Of a stretch of DNA of 64,000 bases, positions 49,947 through 64,000 are shown piece by piece. Source of the stretch: the human T2T-CHM13v2.0 reference genome, Homo sapiens; the NCBI RefSeq assembly GCF_009914755.1, contig NC_060942.1. One strand, given 5' to 3'. Under the pieces are notes generated by a model. It had not been told where the DNA came from, made no database searches, and saw only the letters and a list, made by a program, of their open reading frames with translations. The position numbers were made by a program, and so were the translations under genes. The first letter of the stretch is position 1, and each line of letters opens with the position of its first letter.

Positions 49947-51219
49947 AAACTCCTCTAGTTAATTATTTGTTTTAGTTATTTTACTTTTTGACTCTAGAAT
50001 TTCCATTTGGTTCCTTTTTATAATTTCTCTTTGTTGACATTTTCTACTTGAAGTGACATTGTCATCATACCTTCCTTCACTTCTTTAATCGTGGTTTTCT
50101 TTAGTTCTACGAATATGTTTATAAAAACTACTTCAAAGTCTTTTTCTGAAAAAATCTGACATTTGATTGGTCTCATAATTAGTTTCTATTGGCTTTTTGC
50201 CCCCTTCCCCCACCCATATCTGGGTCGTACTTTCCTGTTGAGTGACATGCCTGATTTTGTTGTTATTGTTTGAAGTTCGACATCTTTAATAGCATATTGC
50301 AGCCACTCGGAATACTGCTGCCCTTCTTCTGGGTGTATTATTGTTATTTGATTGTTTATTTGTTTAGTGAATATCTGGATTATTTTAGTGAAGTTTATTT
50401 TCTCTCTCATTCCCAACCCCAGCACACAGTGTAAAGACTCTGATATTTCTCCTCAGAGAGGTACAAATATGAATATACCCATAGCCAAATATGGTGGTAA
50501 TTTTGGTAAGGCTTTCTTCTCTTTCTCTGACCACATTCAGCTGTTAAACTCCACTAATTGCCAACTGATTGCTCTACTGTTTTCAACAACATTCTAGGAC
50601 ATAAACTGTTCTACAAAGTAAACCAATCAACTTCTGGCCCCTTTGAAGAAGTAGTTTCTGAGTCTAATATTTGTTCTGACCCCAGGAGGGCTCCTCTCAG
50701 TCGTCTTATTTCCCATTTTTCCCCAAAAACTTGTTTGTCTGTCATTTAGCCTTTATCTTGACTATCTCTCCAATTGCCTTTCACCGTGTATATATCCACT
50801 GTTCTTAAGAGTGCCTTTAGCTTGGAATTTACTTATGCTCTGTTGCAAATACAGTTCTTTTAGGAAGAGATAGGGAACTATGTTTTATGATCTGTTTCTC
50901 CCATAGGCAAAATTTCTGAACCAGGGCTATAGAACTGGGAGTGGGGACAGTGGCACACTTTTCTCAGAGTGAAATCTGTGCTCTAGATGCTGCACACTCA
51001 ATGGAAGTCAGGGAAGCAGCCTAAGATCCTTTTGGCTTGTCTCTCCTAACATGGAACCAACTAGCAGGGCCCCAGTATTCTCAGCCCGCCATGCAAGAGG
51101 TAGAGTCTCTATTCCATGAGTGTGGGTTGGGCAAAAGAAGGAAGTCTCCACTTCTCAACTGCAGTCATTCAGGACTTAGCCTCTGCAATAGGTAACTGAG
51201 AGTAGGATAAGAAAAGCTG

Positions 51220-52129
<910 letters not shown>

Positions 52130-52604
52130 CTGATGAGGAAAGAAATTCTGCGTTCTTGGGAGTGGAGTCTCCATGTTGCTAAGCCAGGAGGTGGGGGAAG
52201 GGTGAAGTCCTGATCCAAATACCACAGGCTCCAGGCTTTCTTACTGAATTTTCAAAGATTATCTTGAATAGATATTTTTTTATTTGCTGCTTTGGGACTA
52301 TTTCTAGTCATTTGGGACTATTTCTAGAAGCTTTAAATAATCGTTTTGTTTATAATTGTAACCAGTTTCATAGGGGAACACTTCAGTGAGGTGCCTCACA
52401 CTCTCATGCTAGAAGATCTCCTGATATGATACGTTTTTAATTAATATTTTTATGTATAAGTTGGGGTGAAGTTTAGTTTTTCCATACAGATGCTGAGTTG
52501 ACCCGACATAATTTATTGAAAAGATAATATTCTTTCTCATGAATTGCAGTAATGCATTTGTTGCAAATCTGGTTTAAAAATATGTATGTGTCTCTTTTAA
52601 TGTA

Positions 52605-52740
52605 TTTATTAATTTTTTTAAGTGTAGAGACAAGGTCTCACTGTTTTGCCCAGGCTGGTTTTGAACTTCTGGGCTCAAGCGATCCTCCCCCTAGCCTCCC
52701 GGCATGCTGGGATTACAGGTGTGAGCCACTGCACCTGTCC
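52605..52740 (-). mobile_element. FLAM/AluJ monomer
   Basis: gtagagacaaggtctcac...gggattacaggtgtgagccactgcacc. Confidence 0.88.
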
Positions 52741-53140
52741 TGGGTCTCTTTAGAACTCTTTTCTGTTTCACTGGTCAATTTGTGTATCCCTATGGCAGTA
52801 CCACACTGTCTTGATTACTGTAGCTTTACAGAGAGTTTTGATGTTTAGCAGTGTAACTCTTCCAACTTGATTATTCTGCTATATGATTTTTTTTGGAGAA
52901 TCAGCATGCTTTCTTTGCTTACATACTTTTGAAATAAGCTGGTCAATTATCACACATACACACAGAAACATGCATACTCACACATGTATCAATGCTGGAA
53001 TATTAATTGGGACAGCATTGAAGTAATCATTTTGTAGCAAATGAATAGCATATAAATATTAATAAACACAGTATATCACCATTTATTTTAATACTTTGTT
53101 TTCAATAAGGTTTTATTTATAAGTGGATCATTTACAGATT

Positions 53141-53440
53141 ATTAAAATTATACATAATTTTATAATTCTTATTAAAATTATACATAATTTTATAATTCTT
53201 ATTAAAATTATAATTTTATAATTCTTATTAAAATTATAATTTTATAATTCTTATTAAAATTATAATTTTATAATTCTTATTAAAATTATAATTTTATAAT
53301 TCTTATTGAAATTATAATTTTATAATTCTTATTGAAATTATAATTTTATAATTCTTATTGAAATTATAATTTTATAATTCTTATTGAAATTATAAATAAT
53401 TTTATAATTCTTATTGAAATTATAAATAATTTTATATTTT
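53141..53440. repeat. AT-rich minisatellite, 26/30-bp unit, 11 copies
   Basis: Unit att(a/g)aaattataattttataattctt; order 2x30, 4x26(A), 3x26(G), 2x30 with the last partial. Confidence 0.97.
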
Positions 53441-53609
53441 ATAATTATTTATAAAATGCTATTTCTGTCAGTGAATGTAACTGTGTGTTTATTTATTTAT
53501 TTATTTATTTGGAGCTGATGCTTTTCTAATGTTACACAGGCTGGCCTGGAACTCCTGGGCTAACATGACCTTCCTGCCCCAGCCTCCCAAGTAGCCATTG
53601 TGCCTGTTG

Positions 53610-54430
53610 ATTAATAATAAGAAAACAATATAATTCACCACATTAAAATATCAAAGAAGAAAAATAATTTAATTATTATAACAGGTGCAGAAGAAGCATT
53701 AAGGATCTGTATCACTTATGGCAAAATCCCTTAACAAAGTATGCATAGAAGGAAAATCCTGAATCTGCTGAAAAGTTTTCTATAAAAAATAGAATAAATT
53801 TCATGTTTAATACCAAAACACTGAAAATCTTTCCTTTGTGGTTGATAATAAGACAAAGATGAAAGAATTGTATTATCAACTCCATTAATTATGTTGCTGG
53901 AGATCCTTACAGTGTGATAAGACAAGAAGAATAAACAAAAATTTAAGGTATAGAGATAAAACAAAACAAACAGTAAGCAAAAATGGCGTTATTTAAAGAT
54001 ATCAGTAGAGACCTTCTAAAGACTCTATTTACAACTTTGAGAAATAATAGCAGAGTTGATCAAAGTTGATCGTTAAAAACTCAGTATACTGGTTATGTCT
54101 CTATACACTGACAATGTTTAGATAAACATTTTTTAAGAATGTTTTTTAAGAAAACATTTTTTAAGAATCTAAACTTTTTAAGAATACTATTCATCAACAG
54201 CCATTCCACAGAAACAAAAATGGCCCTTAATCATATGAAAAGATGTTCAATTTCACTCACAACAAGGGAAATGCACAAAATATTTGTACTGAAATACCAT
54301 CTTTCAAATATCAGGCTGAGAAATGTTTCAAAATGTCATAGTACATTGGCAAGGTGTGAAAACAGATATTTTCATATTTTCCCAGTAGAAATATATATTG
54401 TCCCATTGGCAATAAGGGGCAATTAGGCAA
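53610..54430 (+). mobile_element. Highly decayed L1M ORF2 fragments
   Basis: ataacaggtgcagaagaagcatt (IDAEKAF-like) and MALNHMKRCSISLTTREM in ORF 54139. Confidence 0.65.
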
Positions 54431-54432
54431 TA

Positions 54433-54893
54433 CAGGGTGAACGTCTCTTATCCAAAATGCTTGGGATCAGAAGTGTTTCAGATATAGAATATTTTTGGGT
54501 TTTGGAATATTTGCATATATGTAATGAGATAGCTTAGGGATGGGATCTAAGCCTAAACAAAAATATTTATGCTTGTTTCATGCACACCTTATATAGATAG
54601 CCTGAAGGTAATTTTATATGATATTTTTAATAATTTTGTGCAGGAAACAGATTTTTTTAAATTACCCTTTGTAAGGCATTTGGAAAACATGTATATCAGA
54701 TGAAGGGGCTGGTAGGGTCTTTTTTCATTTGGGGACATTGAATAAACTGTGCATCGTGTGCCTGCATTTTGACTGTAATCTGTCACATGAGGTCAAGTCT
54801 GGAATTTTCCACTTGTGGCACCATGTTGATGCTCAAAAATGCTTTCAGATTTTTGAAGCATTTCAAATTTGAGGATTAGGGATGCTCAACCTG
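54433..54893 (-). mobile_element. Tigger4/MER46 (Zombi) non-autonomous DNA transposon
   Basis: TIR-like ends cagggtgaacgtctcttatcc and ggattagggatgctcaacctg, TA on both sides. Confidence 0.88.
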
Positions 54894-57428
54894 TATCTAT
54901 AAAAGTTACAAATTTAGATACTTTGAGCCAACAGTTTTATTTCCAGAAATTAATTATACAGATATACTCACATGCATGCAATTGTTACGATGTCAGAGTC
55001 TATTGTGCCATAGGAAACACCTAAATGTCCATAGAAGCAGACCATTTAAGTTAATGTTACTAGGAAGACACGAGTATCTACTGCCTAGGTCCTCATCTCC
55101 CAACGTTTTCTTCTCCATGAACACAAAATGGTAAAGAACAAAATTAAATGACACAAAACTCATGTCCTAAGAATAATTCAAAGACATAGAATGTGTAAAT
55201 TCCAAATAACCCTAAGTAAAAAAAGGAATAAAACCATTTCTAATCCATAATCTCTCATGCTCCTGTTCAACTGTCATTGGCCCATCACTTTGCAGCAAAC
55301 AAAGATCAACAAAAAGCACTGCCAGTAAATGAGAAGAAGCAGGCTAGCAATGCCATCCAAAATTGATCTCAAATTAGTGCTATAAATACTAAATCCATCC
55401 TAAGTCTGAGAATAATACAAAGGGATCCTGGTAAATAAGGACAAGGATGCAGAAAAGGGAATTATCCATAAATGTGTTTTGAACGAATGATCTTTGCACC
55501 ACAACATTTGGGGCCTGGGTGGGGGGCTGTCAAAAGGAAAACAGAATGGTGAAGGGAAAAAGTAGCCCAGAGGGAAACTCTGCAGCCCGAAAACAGAAGA
55601 AAACCAAAACATTTGAAGAATGCAAAATCTTTCCCTTCATCAACAAACGAAAAATAAATTTTTTGACAGAAGAGGATACCATGAAACTGGAAATCATGTA
55701 AAATGATTCAATTTCACAACAATAAATAAGAAAATAGTAGATCTATAAAGACTTATTTCAAAAAACATCAGAGAAGAAAAATTAACTCATAACTGAGGAA
55801 AACTCTCCCTAGAAAAGCAAGCATGAATCAGGAAATGGACAGATACAGAGACAGAAGAGAAGACAATGTTTCACACTGAATTAAATATATACAAACATGG
55901 GTTTGAGGGTATTACAAACCACTTGGAATTAAAAATTCAAAAACTAAGAAGGAAAATCAATTTTTAAAAATGTGGGAATAAAGTGACTGAACTCAGGAAA
56001 CAGAACAAAGACAATAACAAATTTGTTTCAGAAGTAAATAAAAAGTTAGAACTGGTCAAGAGAACATACACTTAAAGAAAAAGAATGGTGCCTATCAGAA
56101 AGCAAGAAAATGGGCAGAGATCTGTATGATACAGTTTGTATGCACCAAAAAATATCAATCATATTTTTGATTTAGTCAATAAACCTTACACCAATTAAGA
56201 AAATAATTTCAATGAAATTGATTGATACATTAATATTTAGTTAAAGAAAGGGGGACTATCTTTACATATGTATTTCAATTTGGTAACGCAGAGCTGTATG
56301 ACAGTCAGGAAATTTGACTTAGATATGTTAATTGCAGTATAGATGATTTAATTTTTAGTTTCATGCAAAGTAAGGCGGTTACATCAGAGAATAATACCAT
56401 TGCACACACTTTATTTCAAATGACTCATACAAAATTGTTAAGAATGTATTATTTATGCAAGGCATTTTACCTTCTATCTTAAATTTATGTTGGCTATTAT
56501 TTAGAGGTTTTCAGGACCTCATGAGAAATCACTGCACTTACTAGTGAAATACACAATTTAATCCCCTGGCATTTTCCAGTTGATTAAAAGTGCTCAAAAA
56601 GTTTTTAAGAGATGCTTAAATCAATGTGATATAGATATATATATTTAACATCTATAACAATGATAGGTATATAAAATTCTTTGAGTACTTTCATTTTGAG
56701 AATAAAATAGAAGATGAAGTTATTACACAATAATAGAGATCTGTTCATTTAAAGAAAAAAATTATACCCAGTGTGTTTCCATGTAATTCACTGATTTACT
56801 CCGTGAGCATGCCTTCACACAAAATCCAATAAAATCATTTTGATGAAACACACTTGTTTCATAACTAAAAATTTTCATATGAATCAGGACAAGTTTGGTA
56901 AGTCATTATTTTACCCAGCTGTAAAGATGTACCAAAATATCTGAAAAATATTTTTTGAAACATTTGACATTAATCAAAGGCAGGTTGTTATGTAATATCC
57001 AGACAAAACCGCATATATAGGATGCAGAAATAGATTTTATCATAATGGAGTTTTCCGCTAGCATTGTAATACCTGACATTTTCTATGAGCATGATCAAGG
57101 TAAAGTTGACATTGTGGAATCTGCATGGACTGTGGGGTGGCAAGAAGCAGAAAAGACTTTTCATCCAGGTTGTGCCTTTGGAAGCACTGAAAATGTTAGG
57201 ACTGACTTTATGGTGATGAGGATCAGACCTGCTGACTCTTATATCTTGAGTCACTACCCAGATGTCTAGCTCTTACAATAGAGTAAATCCTATAATGCAT
57301 GTAACTTCGACTAGTCATTTTTTATGATTCACCATTCCCTAAATATATCATTAATTCTGAGATATTTTAGGCACAGGTATTTGTATTTAGGCACAGGTAT
57401 TTGTACCATTAGGGATTGTGCCACGAGG

Positions 57429-57432
<4 letters not shown>

Positions 57433-57464
<32 letters not shown>
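57433..57464. repeat. (TA)n microsatellite
   Basis: About 16 TA units read directly. Confidence 0.95.
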
Positions 57465-57465
<1 letters not shown>

Positions 57466-57896
57466 CTTCAGCTAGTAGAAAACAAATTGGTTATTCTCCA
57501 ATTCTTACATGAACAACATCCTATAAGCTTTTCCTAATTGGGTTAGAAAATAAAACTCATTTACACAACTTGGAACAAGGCAATTTGATTGAATTAAATC
57601 AGGCATGAAAAAAATCAATAAAACTCACCAATTCAAATAAATCAGTTCCAACAAACAAACTGAATCAGGTTAAAGAAAAAAGAGCAAAGCTGTTAAAACC
57701 ATAGCAATTTTTAAACTTCTCCTGTGGTGATTTATTCAAAATTTCAAAACCCAGGAATGTACAAGGAGGAAAAAACAAGGAAAGTTACATATGTGTTTCA
57801 TTCTGGCATAAATAGTAACAAAAAACTTCAAATGTACATGTTGTTGGAAATAACCATCATTTTTCTATATTGGGTTTTCAGAAGCTGACAAACGGT

Positions 57897-57941
57897 TTAT
57901 ATCAGAAGGTGGAATCGTGGGTATGGTCGATGTGGCAGGTC
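57897..57941 (-). other. Candidate terminal coding exon segment of an unidentified minus-strand gene
   Basis: Acceptor-like tttatgtttag, then GAC CTG CCA CAT CGA...ATA TAA (DLPHRPYPRFHLLI*), retained CpGs, and a unique AT-rich downstream region with AATAAA (minus) at 57731-57736 and 56410-56415. No transcript evidence. Confidence 0.3.
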
Positions 57942-59454
57942 CTAAACATAAATTGGGTAAGCTAAGGCAAGCAAAGCTGTTACTTTTGTTTAAACCAATC
58001 TCCATTAATGCCCCATATTATTAGATTTGGTTGCTTGCACAAATTTATAAGGAAGCAATCATTGTTTTTCTAAAACTGATCATTCATCTCTAGCAATATG
58101 TGGTAATTTTCAGCTGTGCATTTTCATTTCAAAGGCCCTTTACTAGGATGAAAATCGACAGGAGAAAATTGTTTTTAAGATTGCTGAAAGGCACTTGACA
58201 GAGATGATAAGAGTTCACTGATAATCTTGCCAGGTCCCAGATGTTAGGTGGGCAAAGGCATTTTGCAGAGGTCCTTGCACAGCTTCACATGCATGTGACA
58301 GACAGCACCTGAGGAAACCCTTCCCATTGGCCACCCCTCTGCACTCTCGTTTTCTTCCAGCTCCTATTGTCCTTTCCTGCTGTCCATTCCTCCTGAGACA
58401 CAGTTCATTTCACCACTAAGGGTATCTGGTTTACCAGAAAGCTATGTCTTTTTGACAGTAAGTGTAAAAGAAAGTTTGATCCATCTGATTATCCAAATAG
58501 CAAAGGAAACATTTAACTCTGAGTCTGAGGACAGGGTTCAGCCCCAGGAGAAGCTTAGCTCCAGAGCAGTCAGTGCAGCTGTTTCCTTTACCACATACTC
58601 AGTCCCCAACTGTACATGATTTAAAGCCCTCAAGTTGCCTTGGAATTGAAGAAAACAAACATGAATCAAAGCTATATTTTTTTAAAGGCAGAAAACTAAA
58701 AATTTCTTAGCAAGGAAAAAAAGCAATCTGGAAATGAAGATCAGAGAACGAATAGCCAGAAGCGAAGTGTTAAAGGTTGTCATTCATTCTCCTGCAGTCA
58801 ATAAAAGATGTTCCAGACAGAGATTAGAGAATCCACATTTATGGACAATGTAACCCATCAGCACTCCCCTATATGACTTCATTTAACACTCTCTACCAGG
58901 TACATGTTAATATCCCTCATTATGGGTACAGAAATCACAGGCTTATAAACAGTACTTTGCTCAAAATATACAGTTGCAAGATATTGGTTCCACTAAAACA
59001 GTTTTCTTCTGTTTTACACCATAGTAATAGATCTCATTTATTAGTTGCTGAGTGCAGTATATTAACAACTTGGTACATGGAGGGTTCATATTAATACCTG
59101 AGAAGACTAACTCTTAGAATGACTACAATCGTTACCACTCAGCTCTAAATGGAAATTATCCTAAATGGAAATTGTCAGAAAGGACTATCCTATAAATTAA
59201 CAGACATGAGGTTTAGTTCTAAATATGCCTGTTATAACCTGTAAGAATGGCAAACCTAGAAAGTCAGATAAGAAGTCCTAAGAGCATCAAGCACTTTTGA
59301 TAGGTGTATAAGGTCCAATTGTCTATTTAGAGAGTAGTCTAACACGACTTAGAGAATTTAAGTATGCATATACCTTAAGTGATCATGTAACTTATCATCA
59401 AACCTAGAACACTTTTTTAGAGGGAAAAAAGTAAGAATAATAAAAAATAATAGC

Positions 59455-59630
59455 TGTTATAGACTGAGTGTTTGTGTCTTCCCAAAAATGTATATGTTCA
59501 AGCCCTGCTTCACAGTGTGGTTTAATTTGAAGAGGAATCCTCTAAAGAGGTAATTAAGGTTAAATGAGATCAGACAGGTGGCGTTCTGATTCAATAGGAT
59601 TTGTGTCCTTATAAGAAGATAGAGCACATT
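59455..59630 (+). mobile_element. MLT1A/MST-type LTR 5' fragment
   Basis: tgttatagactgagtgtttgtgtcttcccaaaaatgtatatgtt...gtccttataagaaga. Confidence 0.75.
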
Positions 59631-60964
59631 CCACTCTCAATGCATAGAAACTACAGCTGTATTTGAATTTAAGTAATAATCTGAGCTTCTTCCTGTAAGA
59701 ACCAGGGGATTCTGACAGCTCTTTGTATTTAAAAATGTTTCTAAATCGATGGTCGTTCTCCCAATATAATTCTAATAAAATATTTTTGAGTTTTACTATG
59801 CATCTTATTTCATTACATTCTGTCAGACAAAGGCCACCCCCACAAATAATCTTCAACACAAGTCGTTCTGTGGATTATGCTGACAGAGTCTTGTGGAACA
59901 ACATCATCAAGATTCTTAAAAACCTCTTTGTCTAGTCTAAAATATGTGTAATCCACACTCTTAATATTTTTAGTAAATCTCTTCTTCTCTATGTTAGAGG
60001 ACATACAAGGCTCATACTTACTCTTAGAAGCCCAAATAGGCATGATATAAATCTTTCAGAAAACTCAATAAATAGTCTTTTATCCACAGCCTTGAAATCT
60101 TTATCCTGAGGCTATGCTTACTGATGGCGTCCTAGGCCATTTTTAAATTTGAGATTCTTTACTGAAGGGGTCTAGGGATAAGAAACTGTTTTATTTTGAA
60201 CCCAGCTCACTTGAGTATCCTATAAATTTTGCTTAAAATCTGTATAATTCTTTCTCTAGGATAGCTTTATCTCCACATATTTAAGTATAGGCAGCTATAC
60301 ATAGATTAGTAGATAGAAAGTAAAGATTCTATTGTTTCCTATTAAATTGCCTTTTGTTCAGAAGTATTATAGCTGAGGTTGTATGCATGTAGGATGAACA
60401 TTTTTTCCTCTTTATTTTCTCTGCTTTCCCTGAAATTTATCACAGGATTTCTCTTCAAGTATGTTTTATAAAAATAAATGAGCTGTTCTTTCCTCCCTGG
60501 TAAATAATTTATAGAAATGCTCTCAATGACATTTGATGAATAGAAAAAAATTTTAAAGAATATGTTTTCTAACATAATAGGTGCATAACAGTCAGACAGA
60601 CCAAATGAGCTTCAGTTTTGAGAGGGTCTGTTTATTGAATTCTCTATTGCTCTTTATTTGATCACGCATGCCCCATGTATCAAGCAGGGCAGGAAGACAC
60701 CAGGAGATCATTAAGGTAATTTTCTGTCACTTATTTCTACTGATATTCACTATATGAGAGCACCGAAAATTTGACATTACCATGAGATTTGAAAATGTTT
60801 ATTTATTTTCAACCATTAATTTTTTAGTATCAGTCAGAATTTAACAGATGGTGTCTATAAATTAGTCTAGGGAGGTAGCAAAGATATACTTTAGTGAAAA
60901 GATAAAGTCAGAAGGTGTTGACCTTCACAGCAATGAATATGAACTCATTGAAAAAGAAAGTGAG

Positions 60965-61043
60965 ATACCTAGAAATAATGCTGTATCAACTTTACGGTCA
61001 TCCTTTAGCCCAGTCAAGTTGATGCATTAAAATAACCATTACA
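60965..61043 (-). mobile_element. MLT2 (ERVL) LTR 5' fragment
   Basis: Reverse complement tgtaatggttattttaatgcatcaacttgactgggctaaaggatg...cattatttctagg. Confidence 0.7.
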
Positions 61044-62854
61044 CTGCCCAACTCAAAGTCGAGGGCACAGGCATTCATGGCTATAGATCAGACACCTCAA
61101 CCTCCTGGGGCAGAGAACAGGTTCGAGGAGTGATCTGGAGGCATCAAAAAAGAAAAGACACCTGGCTCAAATCTTGTCTGCCATTCTATGATCCTACACC
61201 TTCCACCAGTGATCCATTCTACCTCCCCCATCATCTCTGGCAGCCACAGTGTCAATCTTCTCTCAGTTCCCTGTCTCCATTGTCACCTCCCCGGCTTCTC
61301 TTTCCTTTAAGGCACTGCTTTCTAGTAGAAGATGATGTGTGTAGAAAGAGATTTCTTAGCTAAATACATAAGCAATCCTGGCTATTAAAATCTTACCCAA
61401 TTTGGTTTAAAGTGTATATTACCAGAAGTTTCTTAAGGTCAAGAGGTTGATCAGTTGTTATTTTTGAGTATGACAAGTTTTTCAGTTCTTTCATAGCTCT
61501 CCAAACACCTCCGCCTGTATTTATGCATTAATTTAATGAGCACTGAGCCTCTACAAACATTTGAATATGTGCTGGAGATAATGAGATTTAAACACAGTGT
61601 GCACATTCCACTATCCTATAGCCCATCTAAGAAAACAGGAAAGTAAAAACAAAATTTTTAGCCTGGTGTAATAGGGATGTAGATGATATAGACATAAGGC
61701 ACCTGAATCCCTTTTCAAGAAGTAGTGTGTGTTCCTTAGTGAGGAATGAAGTTAGCTTGGAGCCTCCAGCTACAGAAACTTTAGGGGCTGTTTCTGCTCG
61801 ATCTGAGGCCACCACACTCTTTCCCGGCAACCATCAGCCAGTACCTGAGCACAGGGGCTGGAGGTAGGGTGTTGGTGAGTAGTAGGGTCTTCTGTTTCTA
61901 CCCAACATGGGGCTCTTCTAATGTTTGTTTTGGAACTTTCATTTGAGTTGGCTGAGACTGTCAGATCTTCACCATCTCAGACTTTTTCTGCCTATTTTTC
62001 TTTCCTCTCTTTTATTTTCAGAGATTTACATTGTTGGCTAACAGTTTTATATGCTCAATCTTGCTTCCTCCTCCTGGACCTTTCACAGACCTCACTCCTT
62101 GATAACATTCTTGCACTCATATTTTTATTTCAGCACCTTCTTCTCAGAAGATTTGAACAATGCTAGGGTTATGCATAAGTATAACATGCTACGAGAGCAA
62201 GAAGCACTTGTCCATGAGAATCTGATCATACTTGGAAGTGCCAGACTTGGTCACATGTACACATTTCTATTGTTTCACAGAAACATAGCATCTCAGATCC
62301 AGAAGAGGACCTTGGCCTACCATATGCCTAATGCTTGAATTTCCTTACCTGTCCAAGAAGTCCCTTATGATGTACTCTTGTAATACCATCTTTCATCCTT
62401 AGACAACTTAACTGATATGAAGTTCAAACTTATATTGCCTGCTTGACTGTGGTTTCAACACCTTATACCTAATATCACTCCTAGGACCATAAGGGGTAAA
62501 TCTTTCACATGACTGCTCCTACAGTTGTTTGAAGCCATCAATGATATTCACTCATAGAGGGCTTTGAGGCTTACCAACCTTTGCTACAACAATATTCCTC
62601 AGGAGACAGTCTTGAGTACAGTGCCTGCAATACATTTTGTTATCATTGCATAATTAATTGATAATTGTATTCAAATTCTTTCTTCAATATCATAGGCTCT
62701 CTCCCTTAGGCATCTCAAATTTATCTTCACAGCTTTTCAACTGCAAATTTAAGAACAAAATGTAAAACCTCTGATACCTCTAAGCAGCATAATAAAATGA
62801 AGGTTTTAAGGCCTTCTTTTGCTCCATAATATACGTATGTCAGTGTGGCATAGG

Positions 62855-63090
62855 TTATTAGCTACCATTTATTGTGCAATTATAATGTACTTGGAACTAA
62901 GCTAAGTACATATTATCTCATTTAATTTTCACTATTTTGTAAAATTGAAGATATGTATTTGTTTTATATTTTAAGAAACTGAAGCCAGAGAAGCAAAACA
63001 ATTGCTCAAAGTCATTCAGTTAGTTAATGAGGCAACAAGATTTGAAACCAAGTTTGTCTAATCTCAAAGCTCATACTTTTAACCATTATT
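62855..63090 (-). mobile_element. MIR
   Basis: tagctaccatttattg...aagaaactgaagccagagaagc...aaagtcattcag...gatttgaaacca. Confidence 0.7.
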
Positions 63091-63389
63091 TTATTACTGC
63101 CTTTGTAGATGCTTGGCAACCTCATTAAAGCATTAACATATGTTGAATCTACTGTCAATTATATTTGCCTATTTCACACGTGTTTTGCATTGCCTCTTTA
63201 TCATTACAAATTATTTTGTTTTTGTTAAATATAACTTACATGATAGAAAAAAATGATTGAATCCACTTAGCATCAGTACACCTGCTCTGAGAACTGTAAT
63301 TTACATAATATCTTTTACCTTGCCTCTTCCTCCAAAAACTGGGAAAAATAGTATTGGCACACACCTCTTGGCCTACTCAATGGCCAAGG

Positions 63390-63485
63390 TATTCATCTGT
63401 TTTGTCCACTGATGTATCTCAAGCACCTAATACAGTGTTTGGCTCACAGTAAGTGCTCAAAAAAATCATTATTGAATGGATTGCT
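63390..63485 (+). mobile_element. L2 3' end
   Basis: tctgttttgtccactgatgtatctcaagcacctaatacagtgtttggctcacagtaagtgctcaa. Confidence 0.7.
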
Positions 63486-64000
63486 GTGATTAAAAGACAC
63501 ATTTTATGTGTATGCTTTGTGGAATACCTTGGAAACATTTTACTATCGATAAATGGTAGACATTCTTAATTTGAACTTTGAGAACATAAAGGATAGTACA
63601 TGTGTCTATTACATTTAGCTTCTTCCCATAATTCAGCATATTGAGATATTATGAATTTTGATTCTCTCCTGAAACATATTTATCTTGGCTTCTAGTTCCA
63701 TGTTGCCAGAACACGCCTACTATATGTTAGTCTCAGTTACTCATAAAAACATAGTACTGGACAGATCTTATAAACAGAAATTTTTAGTAGACTAGAATCT
63801 CCCCTCTAGGCTTGACTCTGATTTTCTATATAGATGGTTTTTTATTCATTTAGGCTCCTGGAGATTTATAACTGACAAGGATCTGATAAATCACCGATAT
63901 CTTAAACCAAATCACCAAACAACTTTTAGCAAATGATTCCCATTCCCTCACTGGTTCCTGCCTGATCCTTCTCACCAGGCTTCCGAGTGTCAAATTGCAT

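Noticed and set aside
53141-53440. CRISPR-like array
   Set aside because: Units are contiguous with no unique spacers, and the context is eukaryotic.

Overview
This is AT-rich, CpG-poor primate (human-like) genomic DNA dominated by interspersed repeats. They include a near-full-length decayed L1PA carrying a HERV-H solo LTR, several L1 3' fragments, about 15 Alu/FLAM copies, THE1/MST/MLT/MER61/MER34-type LTRs, Tigger1/3/4 and MADE1 DNA transposons, and MIR/L2 fossils. Every ORF in the supplied track that I can recognise is transposon-derived; the rest look like chance. I cannot identify a protein-coding gene, although 56-63 kb holds candidate splice/poly(A) signals. The most unusual structure is a ~520-bp inverted duplication inside a Tigger3b element (38.9-40.0 kb) with palindromic, templated junctions. 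There is also a micro-inversion in an L1 fragment, an AT-rich palindromic minisatellite and a possible Gypsy RT fossil. I see no evidence of a novel multi-gene system. Subfamily names come from recalled consensus sequences and need RepeatMasker/Dfam confirmation.
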